A stretch of DNA of 64,000 bases from contig JAJDVH010000145.1 in NCBI GenBank assembly GCA_022826185.1, positions 2,951-66,950 of the forward strand. Reading direction: 5' to 3'. Below the pieces are notes generated by a model, which searched no databases, was not told where the DNA came from, and was given only the letters and a program-made list of their open reading frames with translations. The position numbers were made by a program, and so were the translations under genes. The DNA is from Alphaproteobacteria bacterium. Lineage in GTDB: Bacteria > Pseudomonadota > Alphaproteobacteria > Bin95. Shown piece after piece: positions 51,990-61,099 of the stretch (the first letter of the stretch is position 1; each line of letters begins with the position of its first letter).

Positions 51990-52570
51990 GATGTCATGAA
52001 TTGTCATGTTTTGCCCGGCGCGCTCCGGTCCGGGCATGCGTTCAGCGCTCCAGTCGAGCAGGGCGAGGAGCTGTCTCGGATGGGCGAGGGCGGCGCGTCC
52101 GGCGCGGCGGCGGTCGGCGTCCGCGCGGCGGTCCGCCGGCGGCGGCGCTGCGCCCATGTCCTCCGCACAGGCTTCGGCGAGGGCTTCGGCGGCGGGCGCG
52201 AGCCTTGCGGCCGGCATCGCCGCCAGTTGGGGGCGAGGGTCGGTTGCGGTCATGCGTGCCTCCTTCGGGGCAAAGGGCGGGACAGGGCGTCCCTGTTTTG
52301 CGCGCGTTTCGCGTGCGGGCGCGGGCGGGTGTCGGCGCCGGCGCGGTTCGCGCGCCTGATTGCGCGCGCGAGACGGCGGACGCACCTCACCCGTCCGTTC
52401 CCGCCGGGGCTTTTTTTCGGCCCCCAGCCGGTCGCTTTCTGCAGAAACGCCGAAAGGCGGCCCCGGAAGCCGCCTCTCTCTACTTTCATTCTACACCATG
52501 CCGCCAAATGTCAAGCCCATCGGGAACAAAAAATGAATATTCCGGCCAATTTTCTCGCATTCCGTTGAAT
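51990..52570. repeat. copy 2 of the intergenic repeat element (with about 150-bp internal expansion)
   Basis: Shares the core ...gccagttgggggcgagggtcggtt.cggtcatgc ... gcggttcgcgcgcctgattgcgcgcgcgag ... ccaaatgtcaagcc with copy 1. Confidence 0.6.
52489..52514 (-). promoter_or_regulatory. sigma70-like promoter in repeat copy 2 (TTGACA-N15-TAGAAT)
   Basis: Same position as in copy 1. Confidence 0.35.
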
Positions 52571-52597
52571 CGGCGGGATAGCCGAGCGCCCCGGCCC

Positions 52598-53050
52598 TCA
52601 GAACTCGCGGTGGAAGAGCAGCTCCAGGCGGGTCTTGCGGTAGTCGTGAAGCTGCGCATTGGTCTCCCGGAACTCCCGGACGAGCGCAAGCCGGGGGCTG
52701 AAGCCGAACAGGGTCCAGCCGCGATTGCCTCCCGTCAGCCGCCAGGCGCGGGTGAGGTCGCGGCGCGGGGCGCCGTCCGGGGTGTGGGGCCACCAGTCGC
52801 CTTCCCAGCGCGTGCGGCGCAGCTCCAGGCTCGCGCCCGCCGCGAAGCCGCGCGGCAGCAGGACCGACGCGCCGAGGCGGCCCCAGCGCGTCCGGTTGCG
52901 CAGCCATTCCGCCTCCGCGCGCTCGCGGTCGTAGCCGAGCGCCCCTTCCAGCCGCGCCCAGGGCGCCGGCAGCCACGCCGCATACCCGCCGAGCTGGACG
53001 GCCGGGCCGTCATGGCCGTCATAGCCGGACGCGAACTCCGGGCGTAGCAT
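52598..53050 (-). pseudogene. 3' fragment of an outer-membrane beta-barrel protein gene, truncated at junction with low-GC insertion
   Basis: 150-aa ORF ending in aromatic ...LLFHREF with no signal peptide. Reading frame dissolves exactly where GC content drops at 53050. Confidence 0.5.
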
Positions 53051-53900
53051 CCGCAGCGCGAATTTTGATGGTCGGTGTTGTCCAGTTGCTCTACAAGGAA
53101 GCCAGAGAGGAGATTTTCATCTACCACCTTTTTGTAGATGCTAATGCTTTAAGAGCAGTGACACCGTGAGAGCACGCAAACGGGTGATTTAGAAAGGAGC
53201 GTGTTAGGATTATAAGTGTTCTTTTGCCCAGAGGAGGGCTGTAAGCGCGGCATTCTTGGCTTCATCCTCAGACATATATCGGTGATGGCCGGTCTGCTTC
53301 TTACCGGTTTGTCTGTTCGTGACCTGTAGTCCCCAGAAATTTCTGCGGCGATCTGACGTTTTGAATACTGTAAGGTTAAAGCCTTCGGTGTTTAGGTATA
53401 GATTTCCTTTCGTAGATATCCGCCATTTCCTATTCGCCCATGCCTGACGCCGCCGAACTTGGGAACGGACTTTGTTCTCGCGTATCCGTGGATTAACGTA
53501 GTCACCCTCCATATGTTCTGCACAAATACAACCGACACCGAGAATGTCCGGGTAGTCGGGGTGCTTCATAAAGTGAACATATCGGATTTCCACACTCTCG
53601 CACATTTCACAAAATTGAGAAGGTTCCCCCAAGTCGTCTATATCAACGCATGACCAGCCGCGATGGGGGACGCCAGATTCAGACCATTTCCCGCGATTTG
53701 TGTGTTTGTCAGTCGTCATGGCGAGTCCGTCAAGTCTTAGCCTCTAAGAGGGAGGAGGCCAGCAGAGCATTGTGAATTTTCTTTCTTATCGTCGTTATGG
53801 CACTTCGAAGGAGTCTGCCCTCAGTACCACTGAGTCCCAGCTGTGGCGAAAGGGCCAGACAATACCATAATGAGAGAAAGAGGGATGCTCAGCAATAGTG
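53051..53900. mobile_element. ~850-bp low-GC (about 45%) foreign insertion carrying one small gene
   Basis: Abrupt compositional change. Disrupts the adjacent outer-membrane-protein gene. No integrase, tRNA or flanking repeats seen. Confidence 0.45.
53210..53719 (-). CDS. Cys/His-rich hypothetical protein, possibly HNH-like zinc-finger nuclease
   Basis: CEMC-x8-HFMKHP-x9-GCICAEH arrangement (CxxC...H...H...CxCxxH). 169 aa. Low GC. Confidence 0.45.
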   Translation of the reverse strand: MTTDKHTNRGKWSESGVPHRGWSCVDIDDLGEPSQFCEMCESVEIRYVHFMKHPDYPDILGVGCICAEHMEGDYVNPRIRENKVRSQVRRRQAWANRKWRISTKGNLYLNTEGFNLTVFKTSDRRRNFWGLQVTNRQTGKKQTGHHRYMSEDEAKNAALTALLWAKEHL

Positions 53901-54023
53901 CGGTCATATCTTCAACCTTACGAGCGCGAGTCAGGGGTAAGCTCCAGCCCGGGGCGCTGGTCTTGCGCCCGGCAGGCGCCGGGGACACAGGGGCGGCGCG
54001 ATAGTGTATGTTTCCGCGCAGCC

Positions 54024-54737
54024 ATGGCCGGAACGCCGACACGCTTCTCGCCCGAGGGCGATATCGACGCCTTCCTCGAAAAGGCCGCCCGAACGGCGCG
54101 CCCCGGCGGCGGCGGGCGGCTGATCTTCGCGCTCGACGCCACCGCCAGCCGCGAGCCGACCTGGGACCGGGCGAGCCATCTGCAGGCGGAGATGTTCCAG
54201 ACCGCGGCGGCGCTGGGCGGGCTCGAAGTCCAGCTCGTGTTCTATCGCGGCTTCCGTGAATGCAAGGCGAGCGGCTGGGTGCGCAACGCGAACGACCTGC
54301 TGAAGCGCATGCTGCAGATCCGCTGCTATGGCGGGCTGACGCAGATCGGCCGCGTGCTGGCGCATGCCGCCAAGGAGACGAACAAGCGCAAGGTGAACGC
54401 GCTGGTGTTTGTCGGCGATGCGTTCGAGGAGGACATCGACCGGGTCTCGCACGAGGCCGGGAAGCTCGGCATGCTGGGCACGCCGGCCTTCCTGTTCCAG
54501 GAGGGCGGCGATCCGCTGGCGACGCGCGGCTTCAACGAGATCGCCCGGCTGACCGGCGGCGCCTGCTGCCGGTTCGACACCGGAAGCGCCGAGCAGCTGC
54601 GCGCCCTGCTGCGCGCCGTGGCGGCGTTCGCGGCCGGCGGCCGGGCCGCGTTGACGTCGCTTCCCGGAAACGCGGCGAAACAATTGGCCGGGCAGATGAA
54701 GGCCCTGCCGGGCGGCGGGAGGGGCAAACGGCGGTGA
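54024..54737 (+). CDS. von Willebrand factor type A (VWA) domain protein
   Basis: MIDAS-like DATAS motif. VWA fold pattern. Confidence 0.7.
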   Translation: MAGTPTRFSPEGDIDAFLEKAARTARPGGGGRLIFALDATASREPTWDRASHLQAEMFQTAAALGGLEVQLVFYRGFRECKASGWVRNANDLLKRMLQIRCYGGLTQIGRVLAHAAKETNKRKVNALVFVGDAFEEDIDRVSHEAGKLGMLGTPAFLFQEGGDPLATRGFNEIARLTGGACCRFDTGSAEQLRALLRAVAAFAAGGRAALTSLPGNAAKQLAGQMKALPGGGRGKRR

Positions 54738-55432
54738 TCGGCGTCGTCGTCCTGGTCCTGGCGCTGCTGGTCTGTCTGCCGCTGCTGGCGCGCTGGGCCG
54801 CCAACGCCGACCCGAGAGTGCTGCTGCGCGTGCTCCGGCTGGCGGCGGTGCTCGTCATGGGCGCCGCCGCCCTCCTGCTGGTGGTGTTCGGCCGGGGCCT
54901 GATGCTGGCCCTGCTGGCGCCGCTGCTGTTCGGCCTGTTCATGCAGTGGCGGCGCGCGCGCAACATGGCGAAGACCGCGAGGGGCCCGACCCCCGGCAAG
55001 GGTTCGGAGGTGCAGACCCGCTTCCTCGCCATGCGCCTCGACCACGACAGCGGCGCCATGCACGGGCGGGTCATAGACGGCCCGCACGCCGGCGCGCGCC
55101 TCGACCGGCTGGGCGACGGCGACCTCATGGACCTGCTGCGCTTCTATACCGGCAACGATCCCCGCTCGGCGCAGCTCCTGGAAAGCTGGCTGGACCGCGA
55201 AGGGCCGGAGAACTGGCGGGACATGGCGTCGAGCGAGGCGCCGGCCGCCGGCGGCGCGGGCATGAGCCGCAGCGAGGCCTACAAGGTGCTGGGCCTGAAC
55301 CCCGGGGCGGCCGCCGCGGAAATCCGCGCCGCGCACCGCCGGCTGATGCGCGAATACCACCCCGACCGGGGCGGCTCGACATTCTTCGCCGCGCAAATAA
55401 ACCAGGCCAAGGATATATTGCTCGGGTCCTGA
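54734..55432 (+). CDS. DjlA-like membrane protein with C-terminal J domain
   Basis: GTG start overlapping the VWA stop. Two N-terminal TM helices. J domain with HPD (YKVLGLNPGAAAAEIRAAHRRLMREYHPDRGG). Confidence 0.7.
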   Translation: MIGVVVLVLALLVCLPLLARWAANADPRVLLRVLRLAAVLVMGAAALLLVVFGRGLMLALLAPLLFGLFMQWRRARNMAKTARGPTPGKGSEVQTRFLAMRLDHDSGAMHGRVIDGPHAGARLDRLGDGDLMDLLRFYTGNDPRSAQLLESWLDREGPENWRDMASSEAPAAGGAGMSRSEAYKVLGLNPGAAAAEIRAAHRRLMREYHPDRGGSTFFAAQINQAKDILLGS

Positions 55433-55474
55433 GGCGCAGGACTCCCGGTTCCGGGGAAGAAGGGGCGTTCATCC

Positions 55475-56344
55475 ATGACGCAACCGGTCAAGACGGCGGT
55501 CATTCCGGCGGGCGGGCTCGGCACGCGCTTCCTGCCGGCCACCAAGGCGGTGCCGAAGGAAATGCTGCCGGTCGTGGACAAGCCGCTGATCCAGTATGCG
55601 GTCGAGGAGGCCCAGGCCGCCGGCATCGAGCGCTTCGTGTTCGTGACCTCGCGCGGCAAGGCGGCGATGGAGGACCATTTCGACCTCGCGGCGGACCTCG
55701 ACTCCGCGCTGGCGGCGGGCGGCAAGGAGGATTTGCGCAGGGCGGCCTCCGCGATGGTGCCGGCGGCCGGCGCGGTCCTGCATGTGCGCCAGCAGGCGCC
55801 GCTCGGCCTCGGCCATGCCGTCTGGTGCGCGCGCCATGTCGTCGGAGACGCGCCCTTCGCCGTGCTGCTGCCGGACGACCTCGTGCTTTCCGGGCAGCCC
55901 TGCCTCGGCCAGCTCCTCGATGTCCACCGCGAGCATGGCGGCAATGTCGTCGCGGTCATGGACGTGCCGCGCGCGGAGACCGGCCGCTACGGCGTGCTGG
56001 ACGTGGCGGCGGACGACGGACGGCTCGCCTCGGTCCGGGGCCTGGTCGAGAAGCCGGCCCCGGCGGACGCCCCCTCGACGCTCGCCATCGTCGGGCGCTA
56101 TGTGCTGGACTCCTCGGTGATGACGGCGCTCGACACGCAGGAGACGGGCGCCGGCGGCGAAATCCAGTTGACCGACGCCATGGCGCGCACGATCGGCGCC
56201 GCGCCCTTCCACGGCCTTCGTTTCGAGGGAAGGCGGTTCGACTGCGGCGACCGGATGGGCTTCCTCGAAGCGAATATCGCCTGCGCGCTTGCACGGCCCG
56301 AGCTCGCGCCGGCGGCAAGGGAAATCCTGGCCCGCTTCGCCTGA
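55475..56344 (+). CDS. galU: UTP--glucose-1-phosphate uridylyltransferase
   Basis: AVIPAGGLGTRFLPATKAVPKEMLPV N-terminus. Confidence 0.85.
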   Translation: MTQPVKTAVIPAGGLGTRFLPATKAVPKEMLPVVDKPLIQYAVEEAQAAGIERFVFVTSRGKAAMEDHFDLAADLDSALAAGGKEDLRRAASAMVPAAGAVLHVRQQAPLGLGHAVWCARHVVGDAPFAVLLPDDLVLSGQPCLGQLLDVHREHGGNVVAVMDVPRAETGRYGVLDVAADDGRLASVRGLVEKPAPADAPSTLAIVGRYVLDSSVMTALDTQETGAGGEIQLTDAMARTIGAAPFHGLRFEGRRFDCGDRMGFLEANIACALARPELAPAAREILARFA

Positions 56345-56383
56345 GGCGGCGGCGGGCGCGGCACGGGCGGCGGGGGACGGGAC

Positions 56384-57697
56384 ATGCGCATTGCGATGGT
56401 GGGCGCGGGCTATGTCGGCCTGGTGACCGGCGCCTGTTTCTCCGAGTTCGGCACCGACGTCGTCTGCGTGGACAAGGACGCGGACCGCATCGGCATGCTC
56501 CGGCAGGGCGGCATGCCGATCTACGAGCCGGGCCTCGCCGGCCTTGTGGCGCGCAATGTCGAGGCCGGGCGGCTGGCCTTCTCCACCGACCTTGCGGCGG
56601 CGGTCGCCGGGGCGGACATCGTGTTCATCGCCGTCGGCACGCCGAGCCGGCGCGGCGACGGCCATGCCGATCTCAGCTTCGTCTTCGAGGCGGCGCGCGA
56701 GGTCGCGGCGGCGGTCCGGGGCTATACCGTGCTGGTGACGAAATCGACGGTGCCGGTGGGCACGGGCGCCCGCGTGGCGGAGATCGCCGCCGAACTGCGC
56801 CCGGACGCCGGGATCGATGTCGTGTCGAACCCGGAATTCCTGCGCGAGGGCGCGGCGATCGAGGACTTCATGCACCCGGACCGGGTGGTGATCGGCGCGG
56901 AGACCGACCGCGCCCGCGCCGCGATGCAGGAGCTTTACCGCCCGCTCTTCCTGCGCGAGACGCCGATCCTGTTCACCGACCGCGAGACGGCCGAGCTCAC
57001 CAAATACGCCGCCAACGCCTTCCTCGCGGTCAAGATCACCTTCATCAACGAGATCGCCGACCTCTGCGAGCGCGTGGGCGCGGATGTGCAGGACGTGGCG
57101 CGCGGCATGGGGCTCGACCGGCGGATCGGCGACAAGTTCCTGCATCCCGGCCCCGGCTATGGCGGCTCCTGCTTCCCCAAGGACACGCTGGCGCTGACCC
57201 GGACGGCCGGCGATGCCGGGTCTCCGGTGCGCCTGGTGGAAACGGCCGCCGCCGTCAACGACGCCCGCAAGCGCGCCATGGCCGGGCGCGTGCTGGAGGC
57301 CCTCGGCGGCGATGCGGCAGGCAAGACGGTCGCCGTGCTGGGCCTCGCCTTCAAGCCCAATACGGACGACATGCGCGAGGCGCCGAGCCTGGAGCTGGTG
57401 CCGGCGCTGCAGGCGGCCGGGGCGAAGGTGCGCGCCTACGACCCGCAGGCAATGGAGACCGCCCGTCCGCTGCTGTCGGATGTCGCCTGGTGCCGCGATG
57501 TCTATGACGCCGCCCGAGGCGCCGACTGCGCCGTGCTGATGACGGAATGGAACGAGTTCCGCGCGGTGGACATGGAGCGCCTCGGCAGAGCCATGGCCGC
57601 GCCCGTGCTTCTGGACCTGCGCAATGTGTACAAGCCCGCCGAAATGGCGGCGGCCGGCTTTTCCTATCGCGGCGTCGGCAAGGGGCGGGCATCGTGA
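56384..57697 (+). CDS. ugd: UDP-glucose 6-dehydrogenase
   Basis: MRIAMVGAGYVGLV NAD-binding motif. GGSCFPKD catalytic Cys. Confidence 0.85.
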   Translation: MRIAMVGAGYVGLVTGACFSEFGTDVVCVDKDADRIGMLRQGGMPIYEPGLAGLVARNVEAGRLAFSTDLAAAVAGADIVFIAVGTPSRRGDGHADLSFVFEAAREVAAAVRGYTVLVTKSTVPVGTGARVAEIAAELRPDAGIDVVSNPEFLREGAAIEDFMHPDRVVIGAETDRARAAMQELYRPLFLRETPILFTDRETAELTKYAANAFLAVKITFINEIADLCERVGADVQDVARGMGLDRRIGDKFLHPGPGYGGSCFPKDTLALTRTAGDAGSPVRLVETAAAVNDARKRAMAGRVLEALGGDAAGKTVAVLGLAFKPNTDDMREAPSLELVPALQAAGAKVRAYDPQAMETARPLLSDVAWCRDVYDAARGADCAVLMTEWNEFRAVDMERLGRAMAAPVLLDLRNVYKPAEMAAAGFSYRGVGKGRAS

Positions 57698-59082
57698 CCG
57701 GGCATGTTTTCCACCCGAGTTTCCTCCGGGAATACGACGCGCGCGGCATTGTCGGCGAGACCCTGTCGGAGGCGGATGCGCTGGCGCTCGGCCGCGCCTT
57801 CGGCACCGTGCTGGCGCGGGGCGACAGGCAGAGCGCGGCCGTGGGTTATGACGGCCGGCTGAGTTCCCCCGGCCTGGAAGCGGCGCTGGTGGAAGGGCTT
57901 GCCGCCGCCGGCATCGACGCGACCCGCATCGGGCTCGGACCGACGCCGATGCTCTATTTCGCCATGTACCATCTGGGCCTCGACGCGGGCGTCATGGTCA
58001 CCGGCTCGCACAACCCGCCCGACTACAACGGCTTCAAGATGGTGGTGGCGGGCGAGGCGTTCTTCGGCGAGCGCATCCGGGCGCTCGGGCCGCTCGCCGC
58101 CGCAGGCGGGTTCGCCGAGGGGCGGGGCGCGGTTTCCGGGGTCGCTGTCGAGGATGCCTATGTCGCGCGCCTCGCCGAGGAGGCGGGCGACGGGCCGGGG
58201 CTGCGTGTCGGCTGGGACGCCGGGAACGGTTCGGCCGGGCGCGTCATGGCCCGGCTCACGGCGCTGTTGCCGGGCGAACATTTCCTGCTGAACGAAGAGA
58301 TCGACGGGACCTTTCCCGCGCACCATCCGGACCCGACCGTGCCGGAAAACCTGGTCCAGCTCGTCGATCTGGTGCGCCGCGAGGGCCTGGACCTCGGCAT
58401 TGCGCTCGACGGCGACGGCGACCGGCTGGGCGCTGTGGACGGCGAAGGGGAAGTGCTCTGGGCGGACCAGCTGCTCATCCTGCTCGCCCGCGACCTGCTC
58501 GCCGAGCAGCCGGGCGCGGGCGTGATCGCCGATGTGAAGGCGAGCCAGGCGCTGTTCGACGCCGTGACCGAGGCCGGCGGGCGGCCCGAGATGTGGAAGA
58601 CGGGCCACACCCTCATCAAGAGCCGCATGGCCGAGACCGGGACGCCGCTCGCAGGCGAGATGAGCGGCCATATCTTCTTCGCCGACCGCTGGTACGGCTT
58701 CGACGACGGCCTCTACGCCGCGCTCCGGCTCCTGAAGGCCCTGGAGCACTCGGGCCTCACGCTCGCGGAGTTCCGCCGGTCGCTGCCCGTGTGGATCAAC
58801 ACGCCGGAGCTGCGCTTTCCCTGTCCGGAGACGCGCAAATTCGCGGTTCCGGGAGAGGTCGCCCGGCGGCTGGCCGCGGCCGGGGCGGACGTGAATGCAA
58901 CCGACGGCGTGCGCGTCGCCACCGAAGACGGCTGGTGGCTCTTGCGCGCCTCCAACACGCAGGATGCGCTGGTCGCGCGCTGCGAGGCGCATGCGGGGGC
59001 GGGAGAGGCCGGGCTCGACCGGCTCAAGGCCGCGCTCGCATCCGAACTGCGCGCCTCGGGCGTCGAACCGCCGGAGATCTGA
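57694..59082 (+). CDS. phosphomannomutase/phosphoglucomutase
   Basis: GTG start. TGSHNPPDYNG active-site Ser loop. GDGDR metal loop. Confidence 0.8.
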   Translation: MTGHVFHPSFLREYDARGIVGETLSEADALALGRAFGTVLARGDRQSAAVGYDGRLSSPGLEAALVEGLAAAGIDATRIGLGPTPMLYFAMYHLGLDAGVMVTGSHNPPDYNGFKMVVAGEAFFGERIRALGPLAAAGGFAEGRGAVSGVAVEDAYVARLAEEAGDGPGLRVGWDAGNGSAGRVMARLTALLPGEHFLLNEEIDGTFPAHHPDPTVPENLVQLVDLVRREGLDLGIALDGDGDRLGAVDGEGEVLWADQLLILLARDLLAEQPGAGVIADVKASQALFDAVTEAGGRPEMWKTGHTLIKSRMAETGTPLAGEMSGHIFFADRWYGFDDGLYAALRLLKALEHSGLTLAEFRRSLPVWINTPELRFPCPETRKFAVPGEVARRLAAAGADVNATDGVRVATEDGWWLLRASNTQDALVARCEAHAGAGEAGLDRLKAALASELRASGVEPPEI

Positions 59083-59090
59083 GACAGCCC

Positions 59091-59438
59091 ATGCCCGAAG
59101 TCCGTCCCAACCCGCTCAAGCTCAACCGCCTGCAGTGCAAGACGCTCGCGCTGCTGCAGGCGCTCGCCGAACTGCCGCGCTATGCGACGCCGGGACCCGA
59201 GGAGGGCGAGACCGTGATCGCCTCCATGCCGCCCGCCCACGGCAACCACTTCCACCTCGGGCCCTGGATCGTGTTCGCTAGCGACGCGACCGGGCTCGCC
59301 AACCGCTCCGTATTCGTTGCGCTTACCCGGCGGGGACTGGTGCGCGACGCTGGCGGGCGCACCGTGCTGACGGTTGCCGGCAGGGACTACGAAACCGGCA
59401 TCGCCGGCTCTATCCTGCACCGCAGCGACCACGATTGA
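59091..59438 (+). CDS. hypothetical protein (115 aa)
   Basis: ORF with appropriate codon usage between pgm and the next gene. No family recognised. Confidence 0.4.
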   Translation: MPEVRPNPLKLNRLQCKTLALLQALAELPRYATPGPEEGETVIASMPPAHGNHFHLGPWIVFASDATGLANRSVFVALTRRGLVRDAGGRTVLTVAGRDYETGIAGSILHRSDHD

Positions 59439-59480
59439 GACAGGGCGGCCGGCGCCGGCCGCCCGACGGGAGGGGGAAAA

Positions 59481-60401
59481 GTGCATATCGGATTTATCGG
59501 CCTCGGCACCATGGGCGGGCCCATGGCGCTCAATATCCGCAGGGCGGGTTTCGAGATGACCGTCCACGACCTGAACCGCCAGGCGGCGAGCGCGCTGGAG
59601 GCGGCGGGCGCGACATGGGCGGCGAGCGCGCGCGCCGTGGCGGAGGCCTCGGACGTTGTGCTGACCTCGCTGCCGGGCCCGCCCGAGGTGGAGGCCGTCG
59701 CGCCGGAGCTGCTGGCGGGCTTCGCGCGCGGCAAGGTCTGGTTCGACCTCACCACCAACTCCCCGGTGCTCATCCGCCGCCTGCATCCGGCGTTTGCGGA
59801 AATCGGCGCGGAGCTGTTCGATGCGCCGGTGAGCGGGGGCCCGCGCGGGGCGCAGTCGGGCAAGCTCGCCGTGCTGGTCGGCGGCGACAAGGCGGTGTTC
59901 GAGGCGAACCGCGCCCCGCTCGACGCCATGGGCGACCAGGTGCGCCATGTCGGGCCGCTCGGCGCGGGCGCGGTCACCAAGCTCGTCCACAACGCCTCCG
60001 CCTATGCGATGCAGGCCGCGGTCGTCGAGATGTTCACCGCCGGCGTCAAGGCCGGGGTGGAGCCGCTCGCGCTCTGGGAGGCGATCCGCCAGGGCGTGCG
60101 CGGGCGCCAGCGCGGCTTCGACAGCCTCGCGGACCATTTCCTGCCCAACGATTACGACCCGCCGGACTTCGCGCTTCGGCTGGCCCACAAGGACGTCTCG
60201 CTCGCCGCCGAGCTCGGCCGCGACATGGGCGTGCCGATGCGGCTCATCGACATGACCCGCGCCGAGATGAGCGAGGCGCTGGGCCGCGGCTGGGGTGACC
60301 GCGACTCCCGCGCCTTCCTCCTCCTCCAGCAGGAGCGCGCCGGCGTGGAGATCGAGGTGGACAAGGCCGCCATCGACGCCGTGCTGAAGGCGGACGGGTA
60401 G
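59481..60401 (+). CDS. NAD(P)-dependent oxidoreductase, 3-hydroxyisobutyrate dehydrogenase family
   Basis: IGFIGLGTMG NAD-binding motif. 6PGD-like C-terminal domain. Confidence 0.8.
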   Translation: MHIGFIGLGTMGGPMALNIRRAGFEMTVHDLNRQAASALEAAGATWAASARAVAEASDVVLTSLPGPPEVEAVAPELLAGFARGKVWFDLTTNSPVLIRRLHPAFAEIGAELFDAPVSGGPRGAQSGKLAVLVGGDKAVFEANRAPLDAMGDQVRHVGPLGAGAVTKLVHNASAYAMQAAVVEMFTAGVKAGVEPLALWEAIRQGVRGRQRGFDSLADHFLPNDYDPPDFALRLAHKDVSLAAELGRDMGVPMRLIDMTRAEMSEALGRGWGDRDSRAFLLLQQERAGVEIEVDKAAIDAVLKADG

Positions 60402-60409
60402 GCAAGACG

Positions 60410-61093
60410 GTGACGGCACCCGCGATTCCGTCCGCGCTGTTCGATTTCCTGCGCGAGCTCAAGGAGAACAACGACCGGGCGTGGTTCGAGGCGAACCGGG
60501 AGCGCTATATCGGGCAGGTGCGCGACCCGATGCTGGACTTCATCGCCGCCTTCGGCGAGCCGCTGGCGGAGATCAGCCCGCATTTCCGCGCCGATCCGAG
60601 GGCGAATGGCGGCTCGCTGTTCCGCATCTACCGCGACACGCGCTTCTCGCGCGACAAGACGCCCTACAAGACCAATGTCGGCGCGCATTTCCGCCATGCG
60701 GCCGGCAGGGACGCGCATGCGCCCGGCTTCTACCTGCATCTGGAGCCGGGCCGCTGCTTCGCGGGCTGCGGCATCTGGCGCCCCGGCGGCGAGGCGGTGG
60801 GGCATATCAGGGACGCCATAGTCGCCCGGCCCCGGGTGTGGAAGCGGATCACCGGCGCTTCGTTCTGCGAGACCTTCACGATGATGGGCGAGTCGCTCAA
60901 ACGTCCGCCGCGCGGCTACGACGCCGACCACCCGCTGATCGGGGACCTGAAGCGCAAGGACTTCATCGCGCGGGCCGAGGTTTCGGAGGCCGACGCCGTA
61001 GCGCCCGGTTTCCTCGACCGCTTCGCCGGCATCGCGCGCTCCGGCGGCCCCTTCGTCCGCTTCCTCTCCGACGCCCTCGGCGTTCCGTTCTGA
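60410..61093 (+). CDS. DUF2461 (TIGR02453) family protein
   Basis: FLRELKENNDRAWFEANRERY ... FRIYRDTRFS pattern. Confidence 0.7.
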   Translation: MTAPAIPSALFDFLRELKENNDRAWFEANRERYIGQVRDPMLDFIAAFGEPLAEISPHFRADPRANGGSLFRIYRDTRFSRDKTPYKTNVGAHFRHAAGRDAHAPGFYLHLEPGRCFAGCGIWRPGGEAVGHIRDAIVARPRVWKRITGASFCETFTMMGESLKRPPRGYDADHPLIGDLKRKDFIARAEVSEADAVAPGFLDRFAGIARSGGPFVRFLSDALGVPF

Positions 61094-61099
61094 GAAGCG

